Position numbers and translations under genes: made by a program. Below the pieces are notes generated by a model. It ran no database searches. It saw only the letters and a list, made by a program, of their open reading frames with translations, and was not told where the DNA came from. Positions 28,015 to 37,465 of a stretch of 64,000 bases of DNA are shown here, piece after piece. How positions within the stretch are numbered: position 1 is the stretch's first letter; each line of letters begins with the position of its first letter. This DNA comes from an uncultured Moraxellaceae bacterium (lineage in GTDB: Bacteria > Pseudomonadota > Gammaproteobacteria > Pseudomonadales > Moraxellaceae), in the NCBI GenBank assembly GCA_913057715.1, contig CAJXOR010000001.1, positions 17,539 through 81,538 of the forward strand. Reading direction: 5' to 3'.

Positions 28015-29604
28015 ATGCACGGTATTCAGCGCGCTAAACCTGCTTCGGATCGGGCGTTAGATTCAGATCCTAAGCTAACTCAGTCCCTAAGTTCTCGCTA
28101 TGCCCAGCTGCTTACCATGCTGGCTGCGCTCATGTCGGTCTTGCTGCCAAGTGCCGCGCAGGCAGCTGAATCAGCCTCGCCGGTGGTTGATCAGATTAAC
28201 TCCATACTGGCGCCGGTTGCCGATGCGGTGAACGCGGTGGTTTTCTGGTCGCTGCCGGGCACTCAGATCGAGCTGATCGTGGTGTGGCTCGCAGTCGCCT
28301 CGTTTATCTTTACGATTTACTTTGGTTTTATCCAGTTTCGTAAGCTTAATTTATCGGTGCGGGTGATCAAGGGTCACTTCACTAAGCCAACCGATCCGGG
28401 TCAGTTAACCGCCTTTCAAGCGCTCTCAACAGCGTTGTCCGGTACCGTGGGGCTCGGCAACATCGCAGGGGTGGCGGTTGCGATCACCATCGGCGGTCCG
28501 GGTGCCATGATCTGGATGATCCTCATGGGGCTTATGGGCATGGCCACCAAGTTTGTTGAGTGTACTTTGGGTGTTAAGTACCGCGAGATCGACGAGCATG
28601 GACAAGTGTCCGGCGGTCCTATGTATTACCTGACCAAGGGCTTAAAAGAGCGCGGTTTCCCCGTGTTTGGCAAGATCATGGGACTAGCAGCCGGGGTCAT
28701 GATTGTGCTGGCAGCGCTGGGCGCGGGCAACTTGTTTCAGGCGAACCAAGCCACCAGCCAGGTGATGAGTTTGTTCGGTTTGCAGGGGTCATCGATGCTG
28801 GGCGTGTCAGCGGCAGTGTGGATCGGCCTTGTGTTCGCACTCACTGTGTTTGCGGTGATCATCGGGGGGATCACCTCGATCGCCAAGGTGACCTCAAAAC
28901 TGGTGCCATTTATGGGGATTGGTTACTTGCTCGCCGGTTTTTTGATCATCGCTATGAACATCACCTCCCTGCCAGCAGCGCTCGCCACCATCTTTGCCTC
29001 GGCCTTTAGTTTGGAGTCGGGGATTGGCGGGTTGATCGGCGCCATGGTGCAGGGTTTTCGCCGCGCCTCGTTTTCCTCTGAAGCTGGTTTTGGTACCGCC
29101 TCAATCGCACACAGTGCGGTCAAAACCAGTGAGCCGACCACCGAGGGGTTGGTGGCGCTGCTTGAACCTTTTATCGACACCGTGATCATCTGTACCACCA
29201 CGGCGCTGGTCATCGTGATCACTGGCTCTTATCTGATCCCTGAGCTGCAAGGGGTCAACATGACCTCGCACGCCTTCGATGTGAACTTGCCTGGCTTTAG
29301 TGTGGTGTTGACCGTGGCGGTGGTGCTGTTTGCCTTTTCTACCATGATCAGCTGGAGTTACTACGGTGAGATTGGCTGGAAGTTCCTGTTTGGCGACTCA
29401 ACCTTACTGCTTTACAAAATTCTTTTTTGCGGTATGTGCGTGATGGGAGCTGCGATCCAGCTCGATCAGGCGGTCGCTTTGTCCGACGCCGGTGTGTTTG
29501 CGCTCGCGTTTATCAACATATTGGGATTATACTTTTTGCTACCCATCGTCAAACGCGAGGTCGCGCAGTTTTTCAAGAAAGTGGAAAATGGCGACCTGAG
29601 CTGA
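28015..29604 (+). CDS. Alanine/glycine:cation symporter (AGCS family)
   Basis: QALSTALSGTVGLGNIAGVAVAITIGGPGAMIWMILMGLMGMATKFVECTL is the AGCS signature region. The likely start is MHGIQ at 28015, although the ORF is open from 27868. Confidence 0.9.
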   Translation: MHGIQRAKPASDRALDSDPKLTQSLSSRYAQLLTMLAALMSVLLPSAAQAAESASPVVDQINSILAPVADAVNAVVFWSLPGTQIELIVVWLAVASFIFTIYFGFIQFRKLNLSVRVIKGHFTKPTDPGQLTAFQALSTALSGTVGLGNIAGVAVAITIGGPGAMIWMILMGLMGMATKFVECTLGVKYREIDEHGQVSGGPMYYLTKGLKERGFPVFGKIMGLAAGVMIVLAALGAGNLFQANQATSQVMSLFGLQGSSMLGVSAAVWIGLVFALTVFAVIIGGITSIAKVTSKLVPFMGIGYLLAGFLIIAMNITSLPAALATIFASAFSLESGIGGLIGAMVQGFRRASFSSEAGFGTASIAHSAVKTSEPTTEGLVALLEPFIDTVIICTTTALVIVITGSYLIPELQGVNMTSHAFDVNLPGFSVVLTVAVVLFAFSTMISWSYYGEIGWKFLFGDSTLLLYKILFCGMCVMGAAIQLDQAVALSDAGVFALAFINILGLYFLLPIVKREVAQFFKKVENGDLS

Positions 29605-29652
29605 GTTTCCCCGGACGTTACGTTCGCGGGATTGTGTGACTGTTTTACTTAA

Positions 29653-29676
29653 CTGGCCCTAGTGGCCAGTTTTTTT
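29653..29676 (+). terminator. Rho-independent terminator after the symporter gene
   Basis: Hairpin CTGGCC-CTAGT-GGCCAG followed by T7. Confidence 0.75.
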
Positions 29677-30053
29677 GGTGTTGGTTTTACGATTAACCGC
29701 TTTGCGGAGCGAGCGTTTGAGAGATTGATCAACACGGAAGACACTTAAACTTTAAGGGTGAGCCTTGAGTAGTGGTGGTTGCGGCTTGGTAAGGGTTCTG
29801 GTTTTTGGTTGATCTGGACGTGGTGGTGAGGCCGGATCGGGTGGGCATTTGGTTAATCAGCCTGATTGAGTGAGCTGTCTGGTGCAGATTGAGGGGCGGG
29901 TTGCTTAGGGAGAACTCGCCATATCGCGGCGTTTACTTAACTTGTGTGCAAATCTTACAACGTACTTTTCGGGTAAACTCTGTAGCGCTTTACTGGCAAG
30001 GGCTGCGCCCACTTGGTAGGCTGTCCAGCTGTCTAAAAGTATAAGCGACTGCC

Positions 30054-33000
30054 ATGAACCAAGCGATGACCCCCACAAGCTCTGCCCCTCTAAGCGATAT
30101 CAGAACGCAGATCCGAGCACATTTGCTGGTGAGTGACGAGGCAGCGCTCAAGGAACTCATGGCAAGCGGTGCCCCAAGCGCACATGAGCGTGCGGCCATG
30201 GTGGAGCTGGCGACCAAGCTGATTAAGCAAGTGCGAGAGGGTTTTAAGCCGGGTCTCATGGATGCCTTTTTGGCTGAGTATGGGCTTGAGACCAACGAAG
30301 GCATCGCCCTCATGACCTTGGCTGAGAGTTTGCTGCGAGTGCCAGACGCCTCAACCGTCGATGAGCTGATCGAAGATAAGATCGTCTCGGGCCAGTGGCG
30401 CTCACACTTAGGGCGCTCCTCTTCAGCTTTGGTTAACTCATCTACCGTGGCGCTCTTGATCACCGGCCAACTGCTTGCCCCGCCCAAATCGGGCGGCACC
30501 GGCGCGATGCTGAAAAATATGTTTAAAAACCTAGGCGAGCCGGTGGTTCGTATGGGTGCGGGCAACGCCATGCGTGAGATGGGTCGCCAGTTTGTACTCG
30601 GCACCAACATCGATAAAGCGATGTCGCGGGCCAAGGCCCAGCAAGACAAAGGCTACACCTACTCCTACGATATGCTGGGTGAGGCGGCGCGTACGCACGG
30701 TGACGCCATGGATTACCTCGAATCCTACGAGCGGGCGATCGATGAGCTCGCCACCAGCGTCAAAAACGCTAAAAAGGGCGGCGGCTCAAACCAAAACCCT
30801 GACGCCCAAAAACAAGCGGGTTCGGTCAGAGACAACCCAGGTATCTCGGTTAAGTTATCTGCCCTGCACCCGCGCTATGAATTTGCTAAGCGCGAAGAAG
30901 TGCTGCCGGTGCTGGTGCAGCGCACGCTCAAGCTGGCGCTGATGGCGCGCGAAGCCAACCTGGGTTTCAACATCGATGCCGAGGAAGCGGATCGTCTGGA
31001 CTTCTCGCTCGACATCATCGAGCAGGTGTTAAGCGATGAGCGTCTGGCCGGCTGGGAGGGCTTTGGTATCGTGGTTCAAGCCTTTAGTCAGCGCGCCCCC
31101 TATGTGCTGGATTGGCTCCACGCACTCAGCACCAAACTCTATCGCCGCATCATGGTGCGTCTGGTTAAAGGCGCTTACTGGGACACCGAGATCAAGCGCG
31201 CTCAGGTGATGGGCCTCTCCGGCTTTCCGGTTTACACCCAAAAGCACCACACCGACGTCTCCTATCTGTGTTGCGTGAAAAAACTACTGACGCTGACCGA
31301 CCGGATTTACCCGCAGTTCGCCACCCACAACGCCAACACCATCGCAGCGGTGATCACCATGGCGGACTCGCTAGGTGTGTCCAAAGACGCGTTTGAGTTT
31401 CAGCGTCTTCACGGCATGGGCGAGGCCATGCACTATCTGGTACACCGCGAGCATGGCACACGCTGCCGCATCTATGCGCCGGTTGGCACCCACAAAGAGC
31501 TTTTAGCTTATCTGGTGCGCCGATTACTGGAAAACGGCGCGAACTCTTCTTTTGTGAACCAGCTCTTTGATGAGTCGGTGAGCGCCAGCGAGCTGTCCGC
31601 CGATCCCTTTGAGGAGATCGAGGCTCACGGTGCTCCCATCGGGGAGTCGACCGTGCTCGCCAAAAACATTTATGCGCCGACGCGCGGCAACTCGACCGGT
31701 TATGACTTAAGCGATCCGGTCACGGTCGATCAGCTCTTAAGTGAGCGCAGCCAGTTTGCCCAAACCCAGTGGCAGGCTGGTCCGCTGGTTGCTGGTAGGT
31801 CAAATGCCGCCGCTGGACACTCAAGCGATGCTTCAGGCTCAAAGCTCCAAGCCGAGTCTGATACTGATCTGAACAAAGAGCCCGTGACCAACCCAACCGA
31901 TCCATCTGACACTGTGGGCTATGTGATTCAATCCAGCTCTCAGATCGTCACCGATGCGATCGGCGCAGCCGAAGCCGCCTTTGTAGACTGGTCACAAACC
32001 AGCCCTGAGCACCGCGCTGATCTGCTCGATAAAGCTGCCGATTTGTTTGAGACGCACACCGCTGAGTTTTTTGCGCTCGCCGCACGTGAAGCCGGTAAGA
32101 CTCTGGCAGACGCGGTCGCTGAAGTTCGCGAGGCAGTCGATTTTGCGCGTTACTACGCTGAGCAGATCCGAGACTTTGATGAATCAACCGATTTCCCGCT
32201 CAACATAGAGGGCATGAACTTAAGCCCTCGCGGGGTGATCGTGTGTATCTCGCCGTGGAATTTTCCACTCGCGATCTTTGCTGGGCAGATATTTGCCGCG
32301 CTCGCTTCAGGCAACACCGTGGTCGCGAAACCCGCTGAGCAAACCCCACTGATTGCCCACAAAGCCGCGCAGCTCATGCTTGAGGCCGGTTTCCCAAGTG
32401 ACGTGCTGCAGTTCGTGCCTGGCACGGGTAAAACCGTGGGGGCGGCGCTGAGCGCTGACTCGCGCGTGGCTGGGGTTTGCTTTACCGGCTCGCTTCCCAC
32501 CGCTCGGGCGATTGAGCAGTCCATGGGCGAGCACATGGCGCCAAACGCGGCGCTGATTGCGGAGACTGGCGGGCTAAATGCCATGATCGTCGACTCTACC
32601 GCGCTGCCAGAGCAAGTGGTGCGTGACGTGGTCGCGAGTGCCTTTCAAAGTGCCGGTCAGCGCTGCAGTGCGCTGCGCATGCTCTACGTCCAAGAAGACA
32701 TCTATAAGCACCTCTTAGCGATGCTGATTGGCGCCATGGATGAGCTCAAGCTCGGCGATCCGCTGGATCTATCGACCGACGTTGGGCCAGTGATCGACGC
32801 GGCGGCGCTTAAAAAGATTGAGGGCCATATCGATGAGTTTGATGAAAAGGGGCAACTGCTGAAGTCCCTTGAGGTGCCTAAAAGTGGACATTTTGCACGG
32901 CCGTCTTTGATCCGAGTTTCAGGGATCGAGGAGCTCGCCGAGGAGATCTTTGGGCCCGTGCTGCACATCGCGACCTTTAAAGCAGGCGCCGGGCCTAAGG

Positions 33001-33875
33001 TGATCGAGGCGATCAACGCCAAAGGATACGGCTTAACCTTTGGGCTGCACTCGCGCATGGAGAGCGCGCAGGGTTACGCCGCTCACCACATCCACGCGGG
33101 CAACGTGTACATCAACCGCAACCAGATCGGCGCGATCGTAGGCTCTCAGCCCTTTGGCGGCGAAGGTTTGTCTGGTACTGGCCCCAAAGCGGGCGGCCCG
33201 CTGTACTTAAAGCGCCTCATGTCGAGCGGTGACTCAGAATCGCACAGTTTGTCCGACTTAAGCTTGGGCGAGCAGCGCGAGGGGGCTAAAAGAATTAGCT
33301 CGGAGGCGCTCGCCAAAGCGATCGTCGATATCAAGCCTGAGCGTAAGCAAAAACCCAAGGCCAGTGTGCCGCTGAGTCTGGGCGACTTTTATGAAGCCTG
33401 TGGCTACCGCACTCCAAGCCTCATGAAGCAGGTGCGCTTGCTTCCAGGACCGACTGGTGAAACCAATCGCTGGAGTCTGCACCCGCGCGGTCTGATCCTG
33501 TGCCTCGGACCCGACGCCAAAAGCGCTTACCGTCAGGCGGCGCTGGCGCTCTCCACCAGTAACTCGGTGCTGATCGTCGCTCCAGACGCTTCAAGCCACC
33601 CTGCTTATAAACTGAGCGAAGGCTTGCCGCTGCAAGTGCTCGACGGTTGGCTAGAACCCGATGCGCTCAAGAACATGCAGGGCGTCGCGGCGGTCAGTTG
33701 TAACTCCTCGGGCGATCTACAGCAGGCGTATCGCCGTGCACTCGGCGCTCGCGATGGGGCGATCATCCCGCTGATTCATGAGGTCTCTCAGCCCGACCGC
33801 TATCAGGTAGAAAAACACCTGTGCGTTGACACCACGGCCGCTGGCGGTAACACCAGCCTAATCGCGCAAAGCTGA
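30054..33875 (+). CDS. putA: Bifunctional proline dehydrogenase / 1-pyrroline-5-carboxylate dehydrogenase PutA
   Basis: 1273 aa. The PRODH barrel region is YSYDMLGEAA...LVKGAYWDTEIK...YPQFATHNA. The ALDH domain has FTGS, ETGGLNAM and GQRCSALR. No N-terminal RHH domain is obvious. Confidence 0.97.
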   Translation: MNQAMTPTSSAPLSDIRTQIRAHLLVSDEAALKELMASGAPSAHERAAMVELATKLIKQVREGFKPGLMDAFLAEYGLETNEGIALMTLAESLLRVPDASTVDELIEDKIVSGQWRSHLGRSSSALVNSSTVALLITGQLLAPPKSGGTGAMLKNMFKNLGEPVVRMGAGNAMREMGRQFVLGTNIDKAMSRAKAQQDKGYTYSYDMLGEAARTHGDAMDYLESYERAIDELATSVKNAKKGGGSNQNPDAQKQAGSVRDNPGISVKLSALHPRYEFAKREEVLPVLVQRTLKLALMAREANLGFNIDAEEADRLDFSLDIIEQVLSDERLAGWEGFGIVVQAFSQRAPYVLDWLHALSTKLYRRIMVRLVKGAYWDTEIKRAQVMGLSGFPVYTQKHHTDVSYLCCVKKLLTLTDRIYPQFATHNANTIAAVITMADSLGVSKDAFEFQRLHGMGEAMHYLVHREHGTRCRIYAPVGTHKELLAYLVRRLLENGANSSFVNQLFDESVSASELSADPFEEIEAHGAPIGESTVLAKNIYAPTRGNSTGYDLSDPVTVDQLLSERSQFAQTQWQAGPLVAGRSNAAAGHSSDASGSKLQAESDTDLNKEPVTNPTDPSDTVGYVIQSSSQIVTDAIGAAEAAFVDWSQTSPEHRADLLDKAADLFETHTAEFFALAAREAGKTLADAVAEVREAVDFARYYAEQIRDFDESTDFPLNIEGMNLSPRGVIVCISPWNFPLAIFAGQIFAALASGNTVVAKPAEQTPLIAHKAAQLMLEAGFPSDVLQFVPGTGKTVGAALSADSRVAGVCFTGSLPTARAIEQSMGEHMAPNAALIAETGGLNAMIVDSTALPEQVVRDVVASAFQSAGQRCSALRMLYVQEDIYKHLLAMLIGAMDELKLGDPLDLSTDVGPVIDAAALKKIEGHIDEFDEKGQLLKSLEVPKSGHFARPSLIRVSGIEELAEEIFGPVLHIATFKAGAGPKVIEAINAKGYGLTFGLHSRMESAQGYAAHHIHAGNVYINRNQIGAIVGSQPFGGEGLSGTGPKAGGPLYLKRLMSSGDSESHSLSDLSLGEQREGAKRISSEALAKAIVDIKPERKQKPKASVPLSLGDFYEACGYRTPSLMKQVRLLPGPTGETNRWSLHPRGLILCLGPDAKSAYRQAALALSTSNSVLIVAPDASSHPAYKLSEGLPLQVLDGWLEPDALKNMQGVAAVSCNSSGDLQQAYRRALGARDGAIIPLIHEVSQPDRYQVEKHLCVDTTAAGGNTSLIAQS

Positions 33876-33892
33876 TTTTGCTTGTGGTTATG

Positions 33893-33916
33893 ACCGCCCG
33901 CTTGGGCGGTTTTTTT
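33893..33916 (+). terminator. Rho-independent terminator after putA
   Basis: Hairpin ACCGCCC-GCTT-GGGCGGT followed by T6. Confidence 0.8.
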
Positions 33917-34087
33917 ATGCAAAATGTCTTCCATAGACGCATCTGCTTTGGGTTTTAAGGTTTGGCTGGTCATGGTGGGCAACTCACGAAGGCGATCACT
34001 TATAAGCCTCGCAGATAAGTGCAGGCGAAAATTGGTCACCCCCGCAGTGCAGATGCTTCACTCACGACTACAAAGGCAAACCACACA

Positions 34088-34172
34088 GAGCTGCAAGGCA
34101 GGGCGCTTTGAGCTGCAAGGCGTACCACTTTGAGCTGCAAGGCGTACCCTTTTGAGCTGCAAGGCGTACCCA
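34088..34172 (+). repeat. Tandem 22-bp repeat (3 full copies plus 1 partial) upstream of the 34208 gene
   Basis: TTTGAGCTGCAAGGCGTACC(AC/CT/CA) at 34107-34128, 34129-34150 and 34151-34172. A partial copy GAGCTGCAAGGCA lies at 34088-34100. Confidence 0.9.
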
Positions 34173-34207
34173 GCTTGCGCTAGTATTGATCCCAATCAAA
34201 TCTTTAG

Positions 34208-35026
34208 ATGACCCAAGCTATGAAGCACTCAGATATCTCAGCTCTACCTAACCGCCAGCACGCTACCCTATCAACTGGCGCGAACTCAGCTGCTGTCCAG
34301 ACGTCACGTCCCAAAGCGGGAGCGCTGGTAAGCGCCCTGTGCGGAGCGTTGCTGCTGGCGGGTTGCTCGGGCAAACCGGAGACAGTACGTGCGCCGCAGG
34401 TGGCTGGCAGCCCGTTGCCACCATCGCAGTCATTTGACCCGAAAACCGATCCAGCGGACCCAGTTTATGAAGATCCGCGCGGCATGAGCAAAAGCTGGCG
34501 CGCCTATGCGGCCAAAGGTGATTTGTACTTTGATCGCAGCCTGACCCAGCAGGTGAGTCAGATTAATCAGCAGGCGATGAGCGCCAAGCTTGGCAAGGCG
34601 GATCGCGCTGAGCTTTCGCGCCTGATCGCGCGATTGGGTGAGCCGAGTCAGTATATTGGGGTGGGCGCGCTTAAGGGCGACTGGGTGTGCCGCGCCAGTG
34701 TGGTCAGCGCAAGTGGCCTAAAGCAAACACCGGATCAAGCCTGCGATATGTTCACCAGCCCCGGCGCACTGTACTTTGAGAAAACCAGCGGAGAGGCGCG
34801 CCGCGCTGGCTACCTGTTCCCAGATCGTGTGTCAGAGAACTTTGACAAATGGGTTTTCTTGGGCACCACCAGCACGGGGGATGCGCCGCAAACCCTTTAC
34901 AGTGGCCTTGGCACTGGAGACACCAGCCGCGACTCGGTGGGCCTGTTCATGCTCAAGCCCAGCGGGCTGATCGCGGTGTTTGCGGGGGATGCTGGGAGTT
35001 ATACGGTTTATGAGCTCAAGCGTTGA
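34208..35026 (+). CDS. Hypothetical lipoprotein (possibly DUF4893-like)
   Basis: Lipobox LLLAGCSG follows a long N-terminal leader. No recognisable catalytic motifs. Confidence 0.5.
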   Translation: MTQAMKHSDISALPNRQHATLSTGANSAAVQTSRPKAGALVSALCGALLLAGCSGKPETVRAPQVAGSPLPPSQSFDPKTDPADPVYEDPRGMSKSWRAYAAKGDLYFDRSLTQQVSQINQQAMSAKLGKADRAELSRLIARLGEPSQYIGVGALKGDWVCRASVVSASGLKQTPDQACDMFTSPGALYFEKTSGEARRAGYLFPDRVSENFDKWVFLGTTSTGDAPQTLYSGLGTGDTSRDSVGLFMLKPSGLIAVFAGDAGSYTVYELKR

Positions 35027-35059
35027 TCAAACGAGTGACAGTAAAAAGGACAATAAAAA

Positions 35060-35977
35060 GTGAAAAAAATATCAGCAACTGCACTGAGTAAAGCACGTGG
35101 GATTACATCAAAGGAAGTCTATGCAGCGCTGACTGATCGCGGTTGGGTTGAGAAAACCGATGACGGCTGGGAGCTCACCGGTTTAGGTGAGAGTGTTGGC
35201 GGCGACCACAAGGAGTCAGCTAAGTTTGGTCGCTACATCGTCTGGCCGGAAGATTTGGATTTGGGCGTGGATAATCAGCAGCCAGTAGCCTCAAAACCCG
35301 CAGAGTCAAGCGGGTCGGTTAAGCCGACTGAGCTCTTAACTGCCTCGGCATTGGGCGAAGAGTTTGGCATCTCCGCCACCAAGGTCAACTACGTGCTGTC
35401 TGAGCTAGGCTGGGTCAAGAAAGGATTAAAGGGTTGGCTGGTCACGGATCAAGGCCTAAAACTTGGCGGAGTTCAAGCCGAGGTTTACTCATCAGGCGTG
35501 CCATACGTTCGCTGGCCGACAACTGTTATAAAGCTCAAATCTCTCAAAGAGAGTATCGGTCAGCTTAAGGGTGAGGAGCCAGCACCGGATTCGGATAAAC
35601 CGGCAGCTGCTGAGGTAGTCGAGTTTCGCGATAAATTCCCAGCTGGATTTCGCACGACCGATGGACACATGGTTCGCTCTAAAGCTGAGATGTTGATTGA
35701 TAATTGGCTGTATATGGCTGAGATCGTTCACGCTTATGAGCGTAAGCTTCCAATTGAAGAAGACGTCTACTGTGACTTCTATATACCAACCGGCAAGGTA
35801 TATATCGAATACTGGGGTTATGAAAATGAGCCTAAGTACTTAGCACGCAAGCAACAGAAAAAAGAGATTTATGAAAAATACGGCTTTAACCTAATTGAGC
35901 TAAATGACAAAGAGGTTCAAAATCTTGACGATCATTTGCCTAAGTTTTTGCTCAGATTTGGCGTGCAGGCTTATTAG
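35060..35977 (+). CDS. Protein with two N-terminal wHTH-like repeats and a C-terminal restriction-endonuclease-like (PD-(D/E)xK / Vsr-DUF559-type) domain
   Basis: Internal repeat: ISATALSKARGITSKEVYAALTDRGWVEKTDDGWELTGLGESVGG versus LTASALGEEFGISATKVNYVLSELGWVKKGLKGWLVTDQGLKLGG. The C-terminus is RSKAEMLIDNWLY...YCDFYIPTGKVYIEYWG...LIELNDKE. GTG start. Confidence 0.55.
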   Translation: MKKISATALSKARGITSKEVYAALTDRGWVEKTDDGWELTGLGESVGGDHKESAKFGRYIVWPEDLDLGVDNQQPVASKPAESSGSVKPTELLTASALGEEFGISATKVNYVLSELGWVKKGLKGWLVTDQGLKLGGVQAEVYSSGVPYVRWPTTVIKLKSLKESIGQLKGEEPAPDSDKPAAAEVVEFRDKFPAGFRTTDGHMVRSKAEMLIDNWLYMAEIVHAYERKLPIEEDVYCDFYIPTGKVYIEYWGYENEPKYLARKQQKKEIYEKYGFNLIELNDKEVQNLDDHLPKFLLRFGVQAY

Positions 35978-35981
35978 TATC

Positions 35982-36413
35982 GTGAAGGTTCATGTATCCA
36001 CTAAATGTCAGCTCATTAAATCAACGAACCTCTTTTTTACTAGGCACTGGAGCGAAGAGATTAGTACGCCAATTTGGGACTTTAGCTGGAGATTTCAAGG
36101 AGCGATTCCTAATTACCTCCTTGGTGGGGTTTACGCGCTGCTTCGAGAAGAGGAGGTTGTCTATCTGGGTCTTGGCATCAGTAAAGGTGGCGGGATTTAT
36201 AAAGATAGAGGTATTAGTCGCAGACTTCAGAGCCACGTATATAAAAGAGATGATACCCCGACCGGATATATCTTAAGACCTCATTGGAGGGATAAAGGCA
36301 TAACTACTGTAGCGACACTTGGTTTTGATAAGGATCGATGCTATTTGGCTCCAGCACTTGAAAACTTTTTAATTGCCAGCCTTCGCCCTTCTTCAAATAT
36401 GATGAATAAGTGA
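35982..36413 (+). CDS. GIY-YIG nuclease domain protein
   Basis: GGVYALLREEEVVYLGLG (the GIY...YIG equivalents), RRLQSH (conserved Arg) and LENFLIASLRPSSN (conserved Glu/Asn). A GTG at 35982 lies just after the upstream stop. The ORF is open from 35904 but that portion overlaps the previous gene. Confidence 0.55.
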   Translation: MKVHVSTKCQLIKSTNLFFTRHWSEEISTPIWDFSWRFQGAIPNYLLGGVYALLREEEVVYLGLGISKGGGIYKDRGISRRLQSHVYKRDDTPTGYILRPHWRDKGITTVATLGFDKDRCYLAPALENFLIASLRPSSNMMNK

Positions 36414-36583
36414 GCTAAAGAGAAAACTTCAGGCAATATGCGGGCTAGTGAGAGCTATGCCGATAGTGAATTTGCGGAGCTAATTCAATCTTGGCGAAAG
36501 CACGGCATAGAGATAAAGGTTTGTGACAAGACCAATCAAGGTTGGGAATTAACTTTGAAAGATATACCCACAAAAGAGAGTGG

Positions 36584-37363
36584 CTAGATAGACCTAAAGA
36601 TACGCTCTCTATGATAAGCCATGAGTTTTTTATCAAATTTGTGATTGACTCCAATTTGAATTGCTTTGTTCTCATAAGGCATAAAGTGATTCAGCAGCGC
36701 TTTTGATTGAGACGACTTGAGTGTCTTGCTAAGCATGACCTCTGCTTGCTCATTTAGAGTGATAAAGCCCTGATCAAATGCTTTATCAAATAAAGAAGAT
36801 AGGCAAAGCCCGTTGGCAGGGTTCAATCGGTTTTGGAAATCCAATGACCATGGTGCAATATGACTGGCGACTAAGAAGCCAGGCATATCTATTCCTGTGA
36901 TACAGCACCTGTTTTCATAATTATCCAAAACCATCTGACGAAACAGACTTTGACCTATTCGAGCAGTGATGGTTGCTGATCGTTGGGTGACCAGTTCTTC
37001 AGGTGGCTTGGTTAAATTAGCGTAACTAAGTTGAGTGCTGATCTCGCCAAGTGAGGCATTTTCAAATTGGAGAAATATAGATTCTGATTGTGATTGAAAC
37101 TCAACTGGGTGGTTAATATGCCAATCCCAGATTTGCCTGTCTTTGTTAGATACGTTGGGTAGACCCCTGCGACCAGATTCTATGATGACTGGGTCTAAAC
37201 TGGCAAAGTTACACAGTTTCATCGATACCGAGCTAGGAGTTCGATTCATGATCCTAGCCAGCTCTATAATCTCAGGAGTGTTGCGATCAAGTCTCCCAAA
37301 GGGAATTAAGTGGTATAAATTAAGCGCCAGTATTTGCTCTTGCTCGCTCCAGATTTTAGCCAT
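36584..37363 (-). CDS. HNH endonuclease (HNH_2 / PF13391-like)
   Basis: CCITGIDMPGFLVASHIAPWSLDFQNRLNPANGLCLSSLFDKAFDQGFITL is the typical HNH_2 core. The N-terminal region is WSEQEQILALNLY...SSVSMKLCNFASLDP. Confidence 0.8.
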   Translation of the reverse strand: MAKIWSEQEQILALNLYHLIPFGRLDRNTPEIIELARIMNRTPSSVSMKLCNFASLDPVIIESGRRGLPNVSNKDRQIWDWHINHPVEFQSQSESIFLQFENASLGEISTQLSYANLTKPPEELVTQRSATITARIGQSLFRQMVLDNYENRCCITGIDMPGFLVASHIAPWSLDFQNRLNPANGLCLSSLFDKAFDQGFITLNEQAEVMLSKTLKSSQSKALLNHFMPYENKAIQIGVNHKFDKKLMAYHRERIFRSI

Positions 37364-37423
37364 TGGCTGAACTCCAAATTCCTTTAGGTTACTTTAACCG
37401 CACCAATTAAATATCACACAAAT

Positions 37424-37447
37424 AAAAAACCCCGCTTTCGCGGGGTT
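37424..37447 (-). terminator. Rho-independent terminator after dnaK
   Basis: The minus strand reads AACCCCGC-GAAA-GCGGGGTT followed by a T-run. Confidence 0.8.
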
Positions 37448-37465
37448 TCTTTTAACAAGACAACC

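Noticed and set aside
34088-34172. The tandem repeat as a possible CRISPR array
   Set aside because: The repeats are directly adjacent with no spacers. There are only three copies, and no cas genes are nearby.
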